This document shows positions 36,254 through 45,521 of a stretch of DNA of 64,000 nt, in pieces. The translations under genes and the position numbers were made by a program. Numbering within the stretch: the first letter of the stretch is position 1; every line of letters begins with the position of its first letter. The notes beneath the pieces were generated by a model. The model was not told the DNA's origin, ran no database searches, and saw only the letters and a program-made list of their open reading frames with translations. Source of the DNA: an uncultured bacterium (lineage in GTDB: Bacteria; Patescibacteriota; Microgenomatia; UBA1400; PJMF01); contig CAUUGB010000001.1 in NCBI GenBank assembly GCA_963544615.1, positions 10,388-74,387 of the forward strand. Direction: 5' to 3'.

Positions 36254-36934
36254 TTATGGAGAAGTCAGACAAGAGCCGTTATAAGGTAATTCATTGGTAA
36301 TGTCTTGGCTAAATTTTTGAGCCACCTGCACTTGTTTATTGTTGCCTTTATAATCTTGATATTGCACGGTTACCACCACGGTAACTTCTTGGGCAGTACC
36401 TGACCCTGACATAAATTTTAAGCGAACTTGGTATTGACCGTGATAACCCAGCTTAAAGTTAGGGTTATTGTCAACCTTGGGTTGACCGCAAATGGTGTCG
36501 TTAACATTACCCCTTGTCTGCCTGCTCCATTCGGTTGTATCAGTAAAAAAGTCTAGCACCGGTTTCTCTGCATACAGACCCGCTGGTCGATTAAGAATAT
36601 CGTAAGCGGGTAATTGATAGGGAAACTCACATTTAATTTCATCTGCCCATCCACTGTTAGGAGTAGTATACTCATTGCTTTTTCCGGCACATTGTTCCCA
36701 AAGCCGCTGGTAAAATTGCCACCACAACATCCCATCACGAGCGGTGCGCCAGCGCTCCAGGCAAGAATTGGCTTGGTCGACTGCCTTAGCCCGCAGCCGG
36801 GCGTCAATAATTACCCGCTGGGTATAAAAAATATTACTGGCTAAAGCTATGAGGACAAAAGAAATCAAGGTCACCGCCACTAGTATTTCAATCAGTGATA
36901 AAGCGCTTTGGTGTGAAGGAGTGGTTTTTAGCAT
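36254..36934 (-). CDS. Prepilin-type minor pilin (PilV/FimT-like)
   Basis: HQSA|LSLIEILVAVTLISFVL N-terminal motif with Glu at +5. Confidence 0.65.
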   Translation of the reverse strand: MLKTTPSHQSALSLIEILVAVTLISFVLIALASNIFYTQRVIIDARLRAKAVDQANSCLERWRTARDGMLWWQFYQRLWEQCAGKSNEYTTPNSGWADEIKCEFPYQLPAYDILNRPAGLYAEKPVLDFFTDTTEWSRQTRGNVNDTICGQPKVDNNPNFKLGYHGQYQVRLKFMSGSGTAQEVTVVVTVQYQDYKGNNKQVQVAQKFSQDITNELPYNGSCLTSP

Positions 36935-37593
36935 GTTTCTGTCTTACATCTCTCTATATTCTCACAAAAACAGCCGTGCGTAAAGGTGCCATTTTCTAGT
37001 AAAAATACATAATAGAGGTCGCCATCAGTTAAAATAAAACGAGCGTTAGCGTGTTTATGGTCAGTTTTCTCCTTTTCTGTGACGGGAGCAGATCCATTTT
37101 TCACATAAATTAAACCATATAAAGAATCAAAAACAAGCGTGTTGCCACCATTCTCATTGTGAATACTTAAGCCCACATCTTGAGGTAGGGTAAAATAGTG
37201 AGTTTTGTTAGTTTTCTCTTCATTAGCACCATCACGGTCTTTTTTACTGTAAAAATAAACTTTGGGTTCCAATTTACTACTCGTGTTACCGCTGTCAGTT
37301 GGAGGCAAGCCAGCAATCTGCCAATGACTCAATTTACACTCGCCTTTGGCGATAGTTGCTTCGTCGGCTGAACTGCAAGATTCTTCACCCCCACCACGAT
37401 TACCCAGACGAGCTTTTTGAGCCATACTGTTAAAATAAACAATTAATTCTCTGGCGGTATTTTCCAGTCGCTGGCGGTCGCGTACTTTTAGATAGTTAAC
37501 CAGTCCCACGGTGAGCAAAAAAACCACAATGGCAACTACGGCTAAAACTTCCACTAAGCTGTACCCTGCCTTCTTGCCCTGCATGAGCATCAT
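36928..37593 (-). CDS. Prepilin-type minor pilin
   Basis: KKAG|YSLVEVLAVVAIVVFLL N-terminal motif with Glu at +5. It overlaps the downstream pilin gene by 7 nt. Confidence 0.65.
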   Translation of the reverse strand: MMLMQGKKAGYSLVEVLAVVAIVVFLLTVGLVNYLKVRDRQRLENTARELIVYFNSMAQKARLGNRGGGEESCSSADEATIAKGECKLSHWQIAGLPPTDSGNTSSKLEPKVYFYSKKDRDGANEEKTNKTHYFTLPQDVGLSIHNENGGNTLVFDSLYGLIYVKNGSAPVTEKEKTDHKHANARFILTDGDLYYVFLLENGTFTHGCFCENIERCKTETC

Positions 37594-37706
37594 TCTAGCA
37601 TTCTCTCCCAGCGCTTGTCAAGCGATTACGCCTGGAAAACTCAGTTTCTCCAGATAATAAGTGCTCACTCATCTTGGTAACAATTTGATATAATACCCAA
37701 AGAGGG

Positions 37707-38750
37707 GTGGGGGTGGTGCAATTTTTTACTGCTGCCGCTAACAAGTTATTTAAGGGTGCTGTTATGTTAACTAAACACTTAGGGAAATTATTATTGTGTT
37801 TAATCACTACTCTGGGAGTGAGTTGGTGGTTTGGTGGCTACTCTCTGCTTGCTCAAGCTGCTCCTTTATCCGCTGGGGTGGCTGATTTGGCGCCAACTTT
37901 TAGAGCGCAAATAGAAGCTAGTGCCAGCACTCAAAGTAGTAATTTGGGTGCTAGTCACGCTGCTTTGGTGGTTAATCCCGACGCCACTCAAGTAATTTTA
38001 GAAAAGAAAAATCAAGATTTAACTGAGGTAACCAGTAGCAAAACGGTGGAGTTAGCCACCCAACTTTTAGAAAAACCAGAGTCAGATATCAAGTGGTATC
38101 ACTTTATGCAAAGCTGGATTAGGCGGGCAATTACCAATGGTTTGCCAAGCAATTTGCTCACTTTGCTCATTTTGTTTCCCATTGTGGCCACCATTATTGC
38201 CTTTTCACGTCACGTTTTGGGTTTGCGCGGTTTTGGCATTTACGCCCCAGCCACCCTAGCCATTGCTTTTCTTTCTACCACTATTACCATGGGAGTAATT
38301 ATGTTTGTGTTTATTGTTTTAGCCACAGTTATCTCTGGGCGAATTTTGCGCCATCTTAATTTGGCTCATTTGCCTAAATCTGCCTTAACCATTTGGTTAG
38401 TGTGTGTTCTAGTGATTGCTTTGCTTTTGGTGATGGCTAATTTACATGTAGAAGAATTTTATGCCCTCACCATTTTGCCTTTGCTGTTTTTGGTTTCTTT
38501 AGCAGAAAACTTTACCAGCACCCAGCTGATGTCCTCCACCAGAGAAGCAGTGCGCTTAACGGTGGAGACAATTTTTTTAGCGGTGATTTCTACTCTCATT
38601 ATTGGCTCCAATCCCATCAGAGTATTTGTCATCTTAAATCCGGAATTAAGTTTGCTGGCAGTGTTTGGGCTTAATTTGTTAATTGGCCGTTATACTGGTT
38701 TGCGCCTGACTGAATTGCTGCGCTTTAAGTTACTGGTAAAAAAGAAGTAA
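37707..38750 (+). CDS. Seven-TM membrane protein of the type commonly paired with RimK-like ATP-grasp ligases (7TM_transglut-like membrane module).
   Basis: An N-terminal roughly 140-aa extracytoplasmic segment is followed by seven hydrophobic helices. It lies 4 nt upstream of the ATP-grasp gene. The family assignment is by architecture and gene context only. Confidence 0.45.
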   Translation: MGVVQFFTAAANKLFKGAVMLTKHLGKLLLCLITTLGVSWWFGGYSLLAQAAPLSAGVADLAPTFRAQIEASASTQSSNLGASHAALVVNPDATQVILEKKNQDLTEVTSSKTVELATQLLEKPESDIKWYHFMQSWIRRAITNGLPSNLLTLLILFPIVATIIAFSRHVLGLRGFGIYAPATLAIAFLSTTITMGVIMFVFIVLATVISGRILRHLNLAHLPKSALTIWLVCVLVIALLLVMANLHVEEFYALTILPLLFLVSLAENFTSTQLMSSTREAVRLTVETIFLAVISTLIIGSNPIRVFVILNPELSLLAVFGLNLLIGRYTGLRLTELLRFKLLVKKK

Positions 38751-38754
38751 ATTT

Positions 38755-40050
38755 ATGGCTTGGCTGCAATTAAATACCCGCGAAATACTGGGAATGAATG
38801 CCAGAAATAGGCTTTATACCAGTAAAAACTCTAAGTTTGCTCGCAGCCTAGCTCATTCCAAATTTTTAACCAAGCAACTGATGAGTAAGCAAAATATTGG
38901 GGTGGCAAAAATTATTACAGTTTTAAAAAATCATGATGATGTTCATGATTTCAACTGGAATTGTTTGCAAGCTAACTTTGTGGTTAAGCCCAGTAATGGT
39001 TCTGGTGGTAAGGGGATTGTGGTTTTTAAGAAACAACTTGGCGATGGTGGTTTTGTGGATACCATTGGCAAAAAATGGACTCTAGAAGCCATTCAGTTTC
39101 ATTGTCTTGATATTTTGGAGGGTAAATTTAGTACTCATCCCGGAGTAGAGACGACAGTGATTTTAGAAGAGCGGGTAGAAGCGCACCCCTTACTGCAAAA
39201 ATATGCTTATAAAGGTACTCCCGATGTGCGGGTGATTGTTTACAACAGTGTTCCAGTGATGGCGATGTTGCGTTTGCCAACACGTGAAAGTGAGGGTCGG
39301 GCTAATTTACATCAAGGTGCCATTGGGGTGGGCATTGATTTAGACACCGGGTTAACTACTTATGCGATTACTGGGGCGGGGCGGGAGATTACCCATTTAC
39401 CTGAGAGTAAAAGAAAGCTTTCAGGAATTTTGGTGCCTTTTTGGGAACAGGCGCTGTTAACTGCCGTTAAAGCTGCCGGAGCTGCCAATCTCCTTTATGG
39501 GGGAGTTGATCTTTTTATTGATAAGCAAAAAGGTCCAATGGTGGTGGAGCTAAATACTAGCCCGGGACTTTCCATTCAATTAGCTAATCATCAGGGTCTT
39601 AAAAGAAGGCTAGAGCGTATTCACGATTTGCAGGTTTTAAGTCCGGAACATGGGGTGAGGATTTCTCGGGCGCTGTTTCGCTCTAATTTAACCGATTGCT
39701 TTATTGACCCTGCTTGTCGGGCAGAAATTTCGGTAGTTAATCCGGGGGAATTAATTTTGGGTAAAAGTAAAAAAGATCGCCTGCCAGTGAGTTTTTTTGT
39801 TAATACCCGGCGTTTTCGCTCCTCAATTTCTCAACAATTAGCTTTGGAGTTAGGGTGGCTGAAACCAGAGGATTTACTTTGGTATCAGCAAACCGAAACT
39901 GGCGAAAAAGCCCCAGTAATTGAGGTGAGCTTTGTGCTCAAGGGTAAAAAAATTAAAACTGAAATGTTGGTTTCCAAACAATTAGACAAAAGCAAAAATA
40001 AAGTTCATTTGGGCAGAAGAGATTTAGGTCAATTTTTGGTGAAAGCTTAA
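38755..40050 (+). CDS. RimK-like ATP-grasp ligase (alpha-L-glutamate ligase-related / 'sugar-transfer associated' ATP-grasp)
   Basis: Pre-ATP-grasp region KFLTKQLMSKQNIGVAKIITV. ATP-grasp motifs VVKPSNGSGGKGIVVF and VRVIVYN...MLRLP. There is an N-terminal extension of about 60 aa. Confidence 0.7.
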   Translation: MAWLQLNTREILGMNARNRLYTSKNSKFARSLAHSKFLTKQLMSKQNIGVAKIITVLKNHDDVHDFNWNCLQANFVVKPSNGSGGKGIVVFKKQLGDGGFVDTIGKKWTLEAIQFHCLDILEGKFSTHPGVETTVILEERVEAHPLLQKYAYKGTPDVRVIVYNSVPVMAMLRLPTRESEGRANLHQGAIGVGIDLDTGLTTYAITGAGREITHLPESKRKLSGILVPFWEQALLTAVKAAGAANLLYGGVDLFIDKQKGPMVVELNTSPGLSIQLANHQGLKRRLERIHDLQVLSPEHGVRISRALFRSNLTDCFIDPACRAEISVVNPGELILGKSKKDRLPVSFFVNTRRFRSSISQQLALELGWLKPEDLLWYQQTETGEKAPVIEVSFVLKGKKIKTEMLVSKQLDKSKNKVHLGRRDLGQFLVKA

Positions 40051-40895
40051 AGATTAGAGGGTTTTACTCGGGGAGCAGCCTTAAAAGTTAACAGGTGAAT
40101 TTTTGGTGGTGAGCCTAAGCGAAAATATGGCGGCACCGTGCCAATACCTGGTGACACTAACATCCGAGCTTGAGGAGTTTCAATCAGTCCCACGCGGTAT
40201 TCCCAGCGAGAAATTTTTTTGGGCAGCAAGGGAGTGTAACGGAACATATTTACTTGAGCGCCATGAGTGTGACCGGCCAAAACAAAATTAATGCCATCGG
40301 CACTGGTAATTTCATCAATAAAATTTGGCTGGTGTGCCAAGAGAATTTTGAAATCATTTTTTTTGGCTAACTTGTTGGCTTGTGCCAAATTAGGCTGACC
40401 ATACCAACTATCTGCCACCCCACTTAAAAAAATTCGCTCCTCACTGCGTCGCAATACTACTCCCTGATTATGGAGTACTTTAATGTGAGCTTGGGCAAAA
40501 GCCCGGATGACTTTGGGGGTGGGCAGACCATAATCGTGATTACCTAAAACTGCATAAATCCCTAAAGCTGGAGGTTGGAAGGCAGCTAAAATTGCCAAGA
40601 GTTGCTTTAAGTCTTTTTCTTGTTGGGTGAGACTGCGACGGAAGGTTTGTAAATAATCACCACCTAAAAGAATTAAATCGGGTTGAGTCTGATTAATTTT
40701 TTTCACCATTTTCTTCAGTCGCAGTTGCGAGGAAAAGCGACCATGATGAATGTCGCTAATAAAACAAACTTTCAGATTATTAAAACTTTTAGGCAACTTG
40801 GGGTCTTTAATAATTAATTGCTCTAGTGAGAGAGAAAAGGTTTCCCCAGCAATATATGAAGCCAGCATCCAGGTAGCAATGGTAGTGGGACTCAT
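40047..40895 (-). CDS. Calcineurin-like metallophosphoesterase
   Basis: Motifs ISDIHHG, GGDYL, LGNHDYG and GHTHGAQ (the D-x-H...GD...GNH[DE]...GH-x-H pattern). Confidence 0.8.
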   Translation of the reverse strand: MSPTTIATWMLASYIAGETFSLSLEQLIIKDPKLPKSFNNLKVCFISDIHHGRFSSQLRLKKMVKKINQTQPDLILLGGDYLQTFRRSLTQQEKDLKQLLAILAAFQPPALGIYAVLGNHDYGLPTPKVIRAFAQAHIKVLHNQGVVLRRSEERIFLSGVADSWYGQPNLAQANKLAKKNDFKILLAHQPNFIDEITSADGINFVLAGHTHGAQVNMFRYTPLLPKKISRWEYRVGLIETPQARMLVSPGIGTVPPYFRLGSPPKIHLLTFKAAPRVKPSNL

Positions 40896-41896
40896 AACTG
40901 ATTGGTTTGTTCAATAATTTTAATCACTTGATGAGCCATCACTTTTTCTTTGGCTAAAGCCGCCAAAAAAGCCAGTAAGGGGTAATTTTGCAGTGGGGCG
41001 ATTTGGGGTAAAACCTGCAAAGTATGAGCACTTTCGGCAGTTTTGCCTTGTTCTTTCATGGCAGCTACAGCAGCACTAAAGCGCTGCCCTTCACCTAAGA
41101 GAACGCCCAAATGATGGTTACGGGTGTCGCTGGTGGCAGACATCACCATATCATTGCCCCAACACTGTGAAGCAAAAGAGAAGGTTTGCTTTTGCGCCCC
41201 CAAACTTAAGGCAAGCTTTTCGCACTCACTGGCTAAAAGAGATAAACCATGAGTTTGCGTGCCGTAGGCAAAGCCCAAGCCCTTGAGGATGCCTACCAAT
41301 ACCGAAATGACATTTTTTAAGCTACTGGCATATTGTACGCCGACGACATCGCTAGAAAGTTGCACCCTCAAATAAGGGTTAGCAAAAATATTTTGCAACT
41401 TTTGCCCAATTTGCTGTTGCCCACAAGCAATGGTAGCCCCTAAATATTCTTCGCCAACCAAAGCGGCAGCAGTAGTGCCGCCAGCAAAAACTGCCGGTGT
41501 ATAGGGAAAATTACCTAGTACTTGTGCCATGGTGTCTGTGAGGGGTCTGCCGGTATTAACGCAGAGGGCTTTCATGGCCGAAAACAAGACCACTTGGGGG
41601 CGCAGGTGAGCTTGTAGTTGACTTAAAACTTCTTCTAGAGCAGTAGAGACCACTGCCAAAACGATAATTTGACAATTTTCTGCCAGCTGTTGGAGAGAAT
41701 TGGCAACTTGAAGATTAGCCGCCAAACTAATAGTGGGGAATAAACGGGGGTGGGTTTGGGTAGCTTGTAGCTGGGCGCGGACATCTGGATTGCGGTCATA
41801 TACCCACAATTGAACCTGATGGTTTTGTTGACGGCTTAAATGCGCTGCCAGTGCAAACCCAAAATTGCCCATACCCACAAAACCAACTTTAATCAT
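40892..41896 (-). CDS. gpsA: NAD(P)H-dependent glycerol-3-phosphate dehydrogenase
   Basis: KVGFVGMGNFGFALAAHL Rossmann motif. The 334-aa length and overall conservation fit GpsA. Confidence 0.8.
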   Translation of the reverse strand: MIKVGFVGMGNFGFALAAHLSRQQNHQVQLWVYDRNPDVRAQLQATQTHPRLFPTISLAANLQVANSLQQLAENCQIIVLAVVSTALEEVLSQLQAHLRPQVVLFSAMKALCVNTGRPLTDTMAQVLGNFPYTPAVFAGGTTAAALVGEEYLGATIACGQQQIGQKLQNIFANPYLRVQLSSDVVGVQYASSLKNVISVLVGILKGLGFAYGTQTHGLSLLASECEKLALSLGAQKQTFSFASQCWGNDMVMSATSDTRNHHLGVLLGEGQRFSAAVAAMKEQGKTAESAHTLQVLPQIAPLQNYPLLAFLAALAKEKVMAHQVIKIIEQTNQL

Positions 41897-42006
41897 GGTT
41901 TAATTATATCATTTTAAGTTGATTATCAATCATGCTAACGGATTTCGTACAGTGAATGAGATAGCAAAGTTATGTAATATTGATGTCATATTAGTGGAAA
42001 AAATTA

Positions 42007-42678
42007 TTAGAGATTTTTATATTTAAAAAAATCATTAACAGGCAGTGAAATGAGCTCACTTGCTTTCTTACCGCTGCTGTTGATTTTATTTTGCACTAGA
42101 TAAAGTCCTAACTGGTAGCCAGCCCAGCGAGGTAATTTCAGTTTTTCATTACCACTAACAAAATAAACTTTTCTTTTTTTTTGCCAAGAGAAATTGTCAA
42201 TAAATAATTCTTTATTAAAAACTGCTTTAATTTTTTCACTATTTCTGCTTGAGCGATTGCTAATAGTTCGGATAAAAAATGAGGGTTGATGGGGATTGAT
42301 TTGCTGTTCAAAGGCACAAGCTAAGCCTTCTAGGATTAATGAGCCAGCTAAGGTATTGTCAAATTTTGGTAGCAAAAACCATCTTTGAGCGTGATTAATT
42401 TCGTGAGCAATCATCGAAATTAAGTTTGCTTGAGTAATTTTATTAGAGTGTTTATTAAGATAAATAATAATTAAATCATCGCTAAGTGTCTCTCCGGAAA
42501 TACCCATCTCAGGAATGGTATTACTTTTTTGATTAGCAATAATGATATTGATAAAGCGGGAAATATTGAGTAGTTTTACAATTCGCTTTTCTGCAATAGC
42601 CACACTTTCTCTCACCATTTTTTCTAATTTTAGTGGTAGAGCGTTCACAAAAAAAGGCGATAAATATGGTTGGGTCAT
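42007..42678 (-). CDS. Putative zinc-dependent peptidase (HExxH; DUF2268-like)
   Basis: MIAHEINHAQRW HExxH motif in a 223-aa soluble protein. No signal peptide. Confidence 0.4.
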   Translation of the reverse strand: MTQPYLSPFFVNALPLKLEKMVRESVAIAEKRIVKLLNISRFINIIIANQKSNTIPEMGISGETLSDDLIIIYLNKHSNKITQANLISMIAHEINHAQRWFLLPKFDNTLAGSLILEGLACAFEQQINPHQPSFFIRTISNRSSRNSEKIKAVFNKELFIDNFSWQKKRKVYFVSGNEKLKLPRWAGYQLGLYLVQNKINSSGKKASELISLPVNDFFKYKNL

Positions 42679-42722
42679 AAAAAATTAGGGGGGAGTGACG
42701 GCATCAAACACTTCCCAATATT

Positions 42723-42836
42723 TTAGTGGCAACCTTTACCACTTCCTCCATTACACGTCCTACCTCCACAGTCGCACACCGTTTCTACAGAAGTGATTAC
42801 TACTTCCAAAATAGCCAAACCTTCATTGTTTTCCAT
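42723..42836 (-). CDS. Candidate small Cys-rich peptide (37 aa), not in the supplied ORF track.
   Basis: Manual translation of the minus strand gives MENNEGLAILEVVITSVETVCDCGGRTCNGGSGKGCH. It is preceded by GGAGAGAGGGTGAGAA (an SD-like GAGGG 6 nt upstream). It sits in a 330-bp intergenic region with strong strand skew. This is speculative. Confidence 0.2.
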   Translation of the reverse strand: MENNEGLAILEVVITSVETVCDCGGRTCNGGSGKGCH

Positions 42837-43007
42837 TTCTCACCCTCTCTCCTATTTTAAATGGATATTTCAATGTAAAGTGATGCCGTAAGAGCAGTCC
42901 TTATTATATCATCAACATAATTAAATATTTATAATAAATCTATCTGTGTATTCTCAAAAAGTATTAATGATAGGTTGTCCTCGTTATGCGGTTTATAATA
43001 TTTACTG

Positions 43008-43979
43008 ATGTCAGTTTTTCGTCGCTCCCAGCCATATTTGTGTTTGAGTCCCATGGATGGAGTGACTGATTCGCCCATGCGACAAATTTGCAAAAAGTAT
43101 GGTCGGGTGGATCTACTCACGAGTGAATTTGTTAATGTAGAGGGTTTGCATTTTGCCAGAGAGCGCTTGGCAAGTGAGTTGCAGTTTAGTCCCGGGGAAC
43201 AACCACTTTTACTGCAAATTTATGGTTTAAATCCAGAGTTTTTTGCTCAGGCAGCCACTCTGGGTTTACAACGCGGTTTTAGTGGTATTGATCTTAACTT
43301 TGGTTGTCCGGCTAAAAGTGTGGTGCATGCTGGAGCGGGAGCGGGCTTAATTGCCAATCCTCACTTGGCGCAAAAAATTTATCAAGCGGTGAGAGAAGCG
43401 GTAGACGCTTGGGCGGCTACTCACCCTGGAACCAAGCCGAGCTTAAGTATTAAAACTCGCTTGGGGGTAGATAAACCAGTGATTGACGAATGGTTTAGTT
43501 TACTGCTTTCTTGGCATCCCGATTTAATTACAGTTCATGGTCGCACTCTCAAGCAAGGTTACACGGGACAAGCCGACTGGCAGGCAATTGGGCAAGTGGT
43601 GGCTTTGCGCTCGCGTCTCTCGCCACAAACTGCCATTTTTGGCAATGGCGATGTTACTAGTCTTAAGCAAGCTTTAGCCCGGCAGCAGCAAACTGGTGTA
43701 GATGGAGTGGTGATTGGGAGAGCTGCTTTAGGTAATCCTTGGGTGTTTACCAGTCATCAGCCCACTTTATCAAAACGTCTTGAGGTGGCACTGGAGCATG
43801 CCCTGCTTTATGAGAAAACGTTTGCGCATCGGGCTAATTATCAATTTTACCCTATGAGAAAGCATTTAGCTGCTTATGCGCATGGTTTTCCTGGGGCTAG
43901 TTTGTTGCGACAGGAACTAGTTAATTGTGGCAACAGTCAACAGGTGGCGGCAGTTGTGAACCGATATCTGCTGTCTTAA
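43008..43979 (+). CDS. dusB: tRNA-dihydrouridine synthase
   Basis: Dus-family motifs LSPMDGVTDSPMRQICKKYG and DLNFGCPAKSV. TIM-barrel FMN-binding pattern. The length is 323 aa. Confidence 0.85.
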   Translation: MSVFRRSQPYLCLSPMDGVTDSPMRQICKKYGRVDLLTSEFVNVEGLHFARERLASELQFSPGEQPLLLQIYGLNPEFFAQAATLGLQRGFSGIDLNFGCPAKSVVHAGAGAGLIANPHLAQKIYQAVREAVDAWAATHPGTKPSLSIKTRLGVDKPVIDEWFSLLLSWHPDLITVHGRTLKQGYTGQADWQAIGQVVALRSRLSPQTAIFGNGDVTSLKQALARQQQTGVDGVVIGRAALGNPWVFTSHQPTLSKRLEVALEHALLYEKTFAHRANYQFYPMRKHLAAYAHGFPGASLLRQELVNCGNSQQVAAVVNRYLLS

Positions 43980-45478
43980 ATTTTTTTTGTTACTTTGTAT
44001 TCTAAATATTTGCCCATCATCAGTCGGGTGTGGGCGTCGAGTCCGGGCAAAGCGGTAAAGAAAAATCCGCAAATTGGCAACAGCACAAATTCCAGTGGTT
44101 GCATGATAATAGATAACCACTTGTGTTGGTGCGGTCGGGGAGGGCGATTAAGGGCGTCAATAATCATAATGGCAAAAAGAGAAATTAAAGCAATGGTGAG
44201 TAGAAAAGATGACACTTGAGGGAGAGTTTTGCCAATGGTGGTGCGATTGAATTCTTGATTTAGTAGTGGTGGCAGCAGAGCGGAAACGGTAATAGCAAAC
44301 CAGTTGACTGGCCAGAGAAAATGATCCTCAATCACTTTGATAATCCGCACAAACCTGTCACCAAAAGGAATGTCGTCGTTGATAATAAATTGTTTAATAA
44401 TGTAGGCATCATCAGAAACACCCCAAGCCCAGCGTTTTAATTGCTCGTATTGATTAATCATGGTACCCCAAAAAGTATCAGTTTCAGGCATATCGGCATA
44501 AATGGGTAAAAAAATTGGGTGCACCGAAAAATTCCCTTTTTTGGCAAAATAAGATTTGAAAAAAAAGCGGTAGTCTTCGGGAATTACATTGGTATCCCAA
44601 AAACCAATTTCATTCATGTGTTTCAGACTAGTAGAATAGGTAGAAAAATTAATTAAGCGATCGCGCCGCATTAAAATATACATTTGATTAACCGAAAAAG
44701 TTGCCCCCAAAACTCTAATCACTGCTGGCACTTTCCAAATATTGTTGTAAAAAACAATACATCCTTGCCAAGTAGCATGATAGCGATCACTGCTTTGTAA
44801 AAAATCAAAAGTTAAATTACTAAAATAGTGGTGATGAAAAATAGCATCGGCGTCTTCGGAAGTAATGGTGATATTTTCTATGGGAATACCGGCTTTATCT
44901 ACCAAAAGTTGTTTAGCTTTTTTACCCCCCCAAGCATTATTGCTTGATTTACCCTTAACTTCACCTTCAATGTCGGGGTGAAAAGTGGTCCACAAATGAC
45001 CAAAACAGTGGCGATAATTTTTTTTCAGCCAAGTGGCTTTTTTGACTGCCGCCTCACCTTCGCGCTGTTCAAAGCTAATCATAATGTGTAAGTTTTGGGT
45101 GGGAAAGGATTGCTGACTTAAATGTTTGAGAGTGCGCTCCAGGGTGCTTAAAGGTTCAGTGTAGGTGGGAATAATAATTAGGTGATGAATTAACTGATAT
45201 TTTTTGGGGAAATGTTTTTTAAGATCTTTGAGCCAATCATTACGACTGCTGGCTTGAAGGCGAAAATGAGCAAAAAAAGCTAAAAAGGCTAAAACAGCAG
45301 AGCGATATAACCAGTAAACCGTAAAGGCAATTACATAGTATGCCACCAGTTGTGGACACAAAAATGAACCCCAAACTGGAAAAGAAATTAAAAACCAAGC
45401 GAAACATCCGGGTAAAATTTCTAAAAATTTTTGCGTTCGCACGGGGTGGCGCAAAAAATAGTCTTTCACTAGTTTCAT
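43976..45478 (-). CDS. Membrane-embedded processive family-2 glycosyltransferase (cellulose/chitin/PNAG-synthase-like)
   Basis: N- and C-terminal TM bundles. GT2 motifs IIIPTYTEP and TSEDADAIF, and the processive Q-x-x-R-W motif (QYEQLKRWAWG). Confidence 0.7.
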   Translation of the reverse strand: MKLVKDYFLRHPVRTQKFLEILPGCFAWFLISFPVWGSFLCPQLVAYYVIAFTVYWLYRSAVLAFLAFFAHFRLQASSRNDWLKDLKKHFPKKYQLIHHLIIIPTYTEPLSTLERTLKHLSQQSFPTQNLHIMISFEQREGEAAVKKATWLKKNYRHCFGHLWTTFHPDIEGEVKGKSSNNAWGGKKAKQLLVDKAGIPIENITITSEDADAIFHHHYFSNLTFDFLQSSDRYHATWQGCIVFYNNIWKVPAVIRVLGATFSVNQMYILMRRDRLINFSTYSTSLKHMNEIGFWDTNVIPEDYRFFFKSYFAKKGNFSVHPIFLPIYADMPETDTFWGTMINQYEQLKRWAWGVSDDAYIIKQFIINDDIPFGDRFVRIIKVIEDHFLWPVNWFAITVSALLPPLLNQEFNRTTIGKTLPQVSSFLLTIALISLFAIMIIDALNRPPRPHQHKWLSIIMQPLEFVLLPICGFFFTALPGLDAHTRLMMGKYLEYKVTKKI

Positions 45479-45521
45479 CTCTGACGATATTGTAACATTG
45501 GCTGATGCGATATAATAGGGT

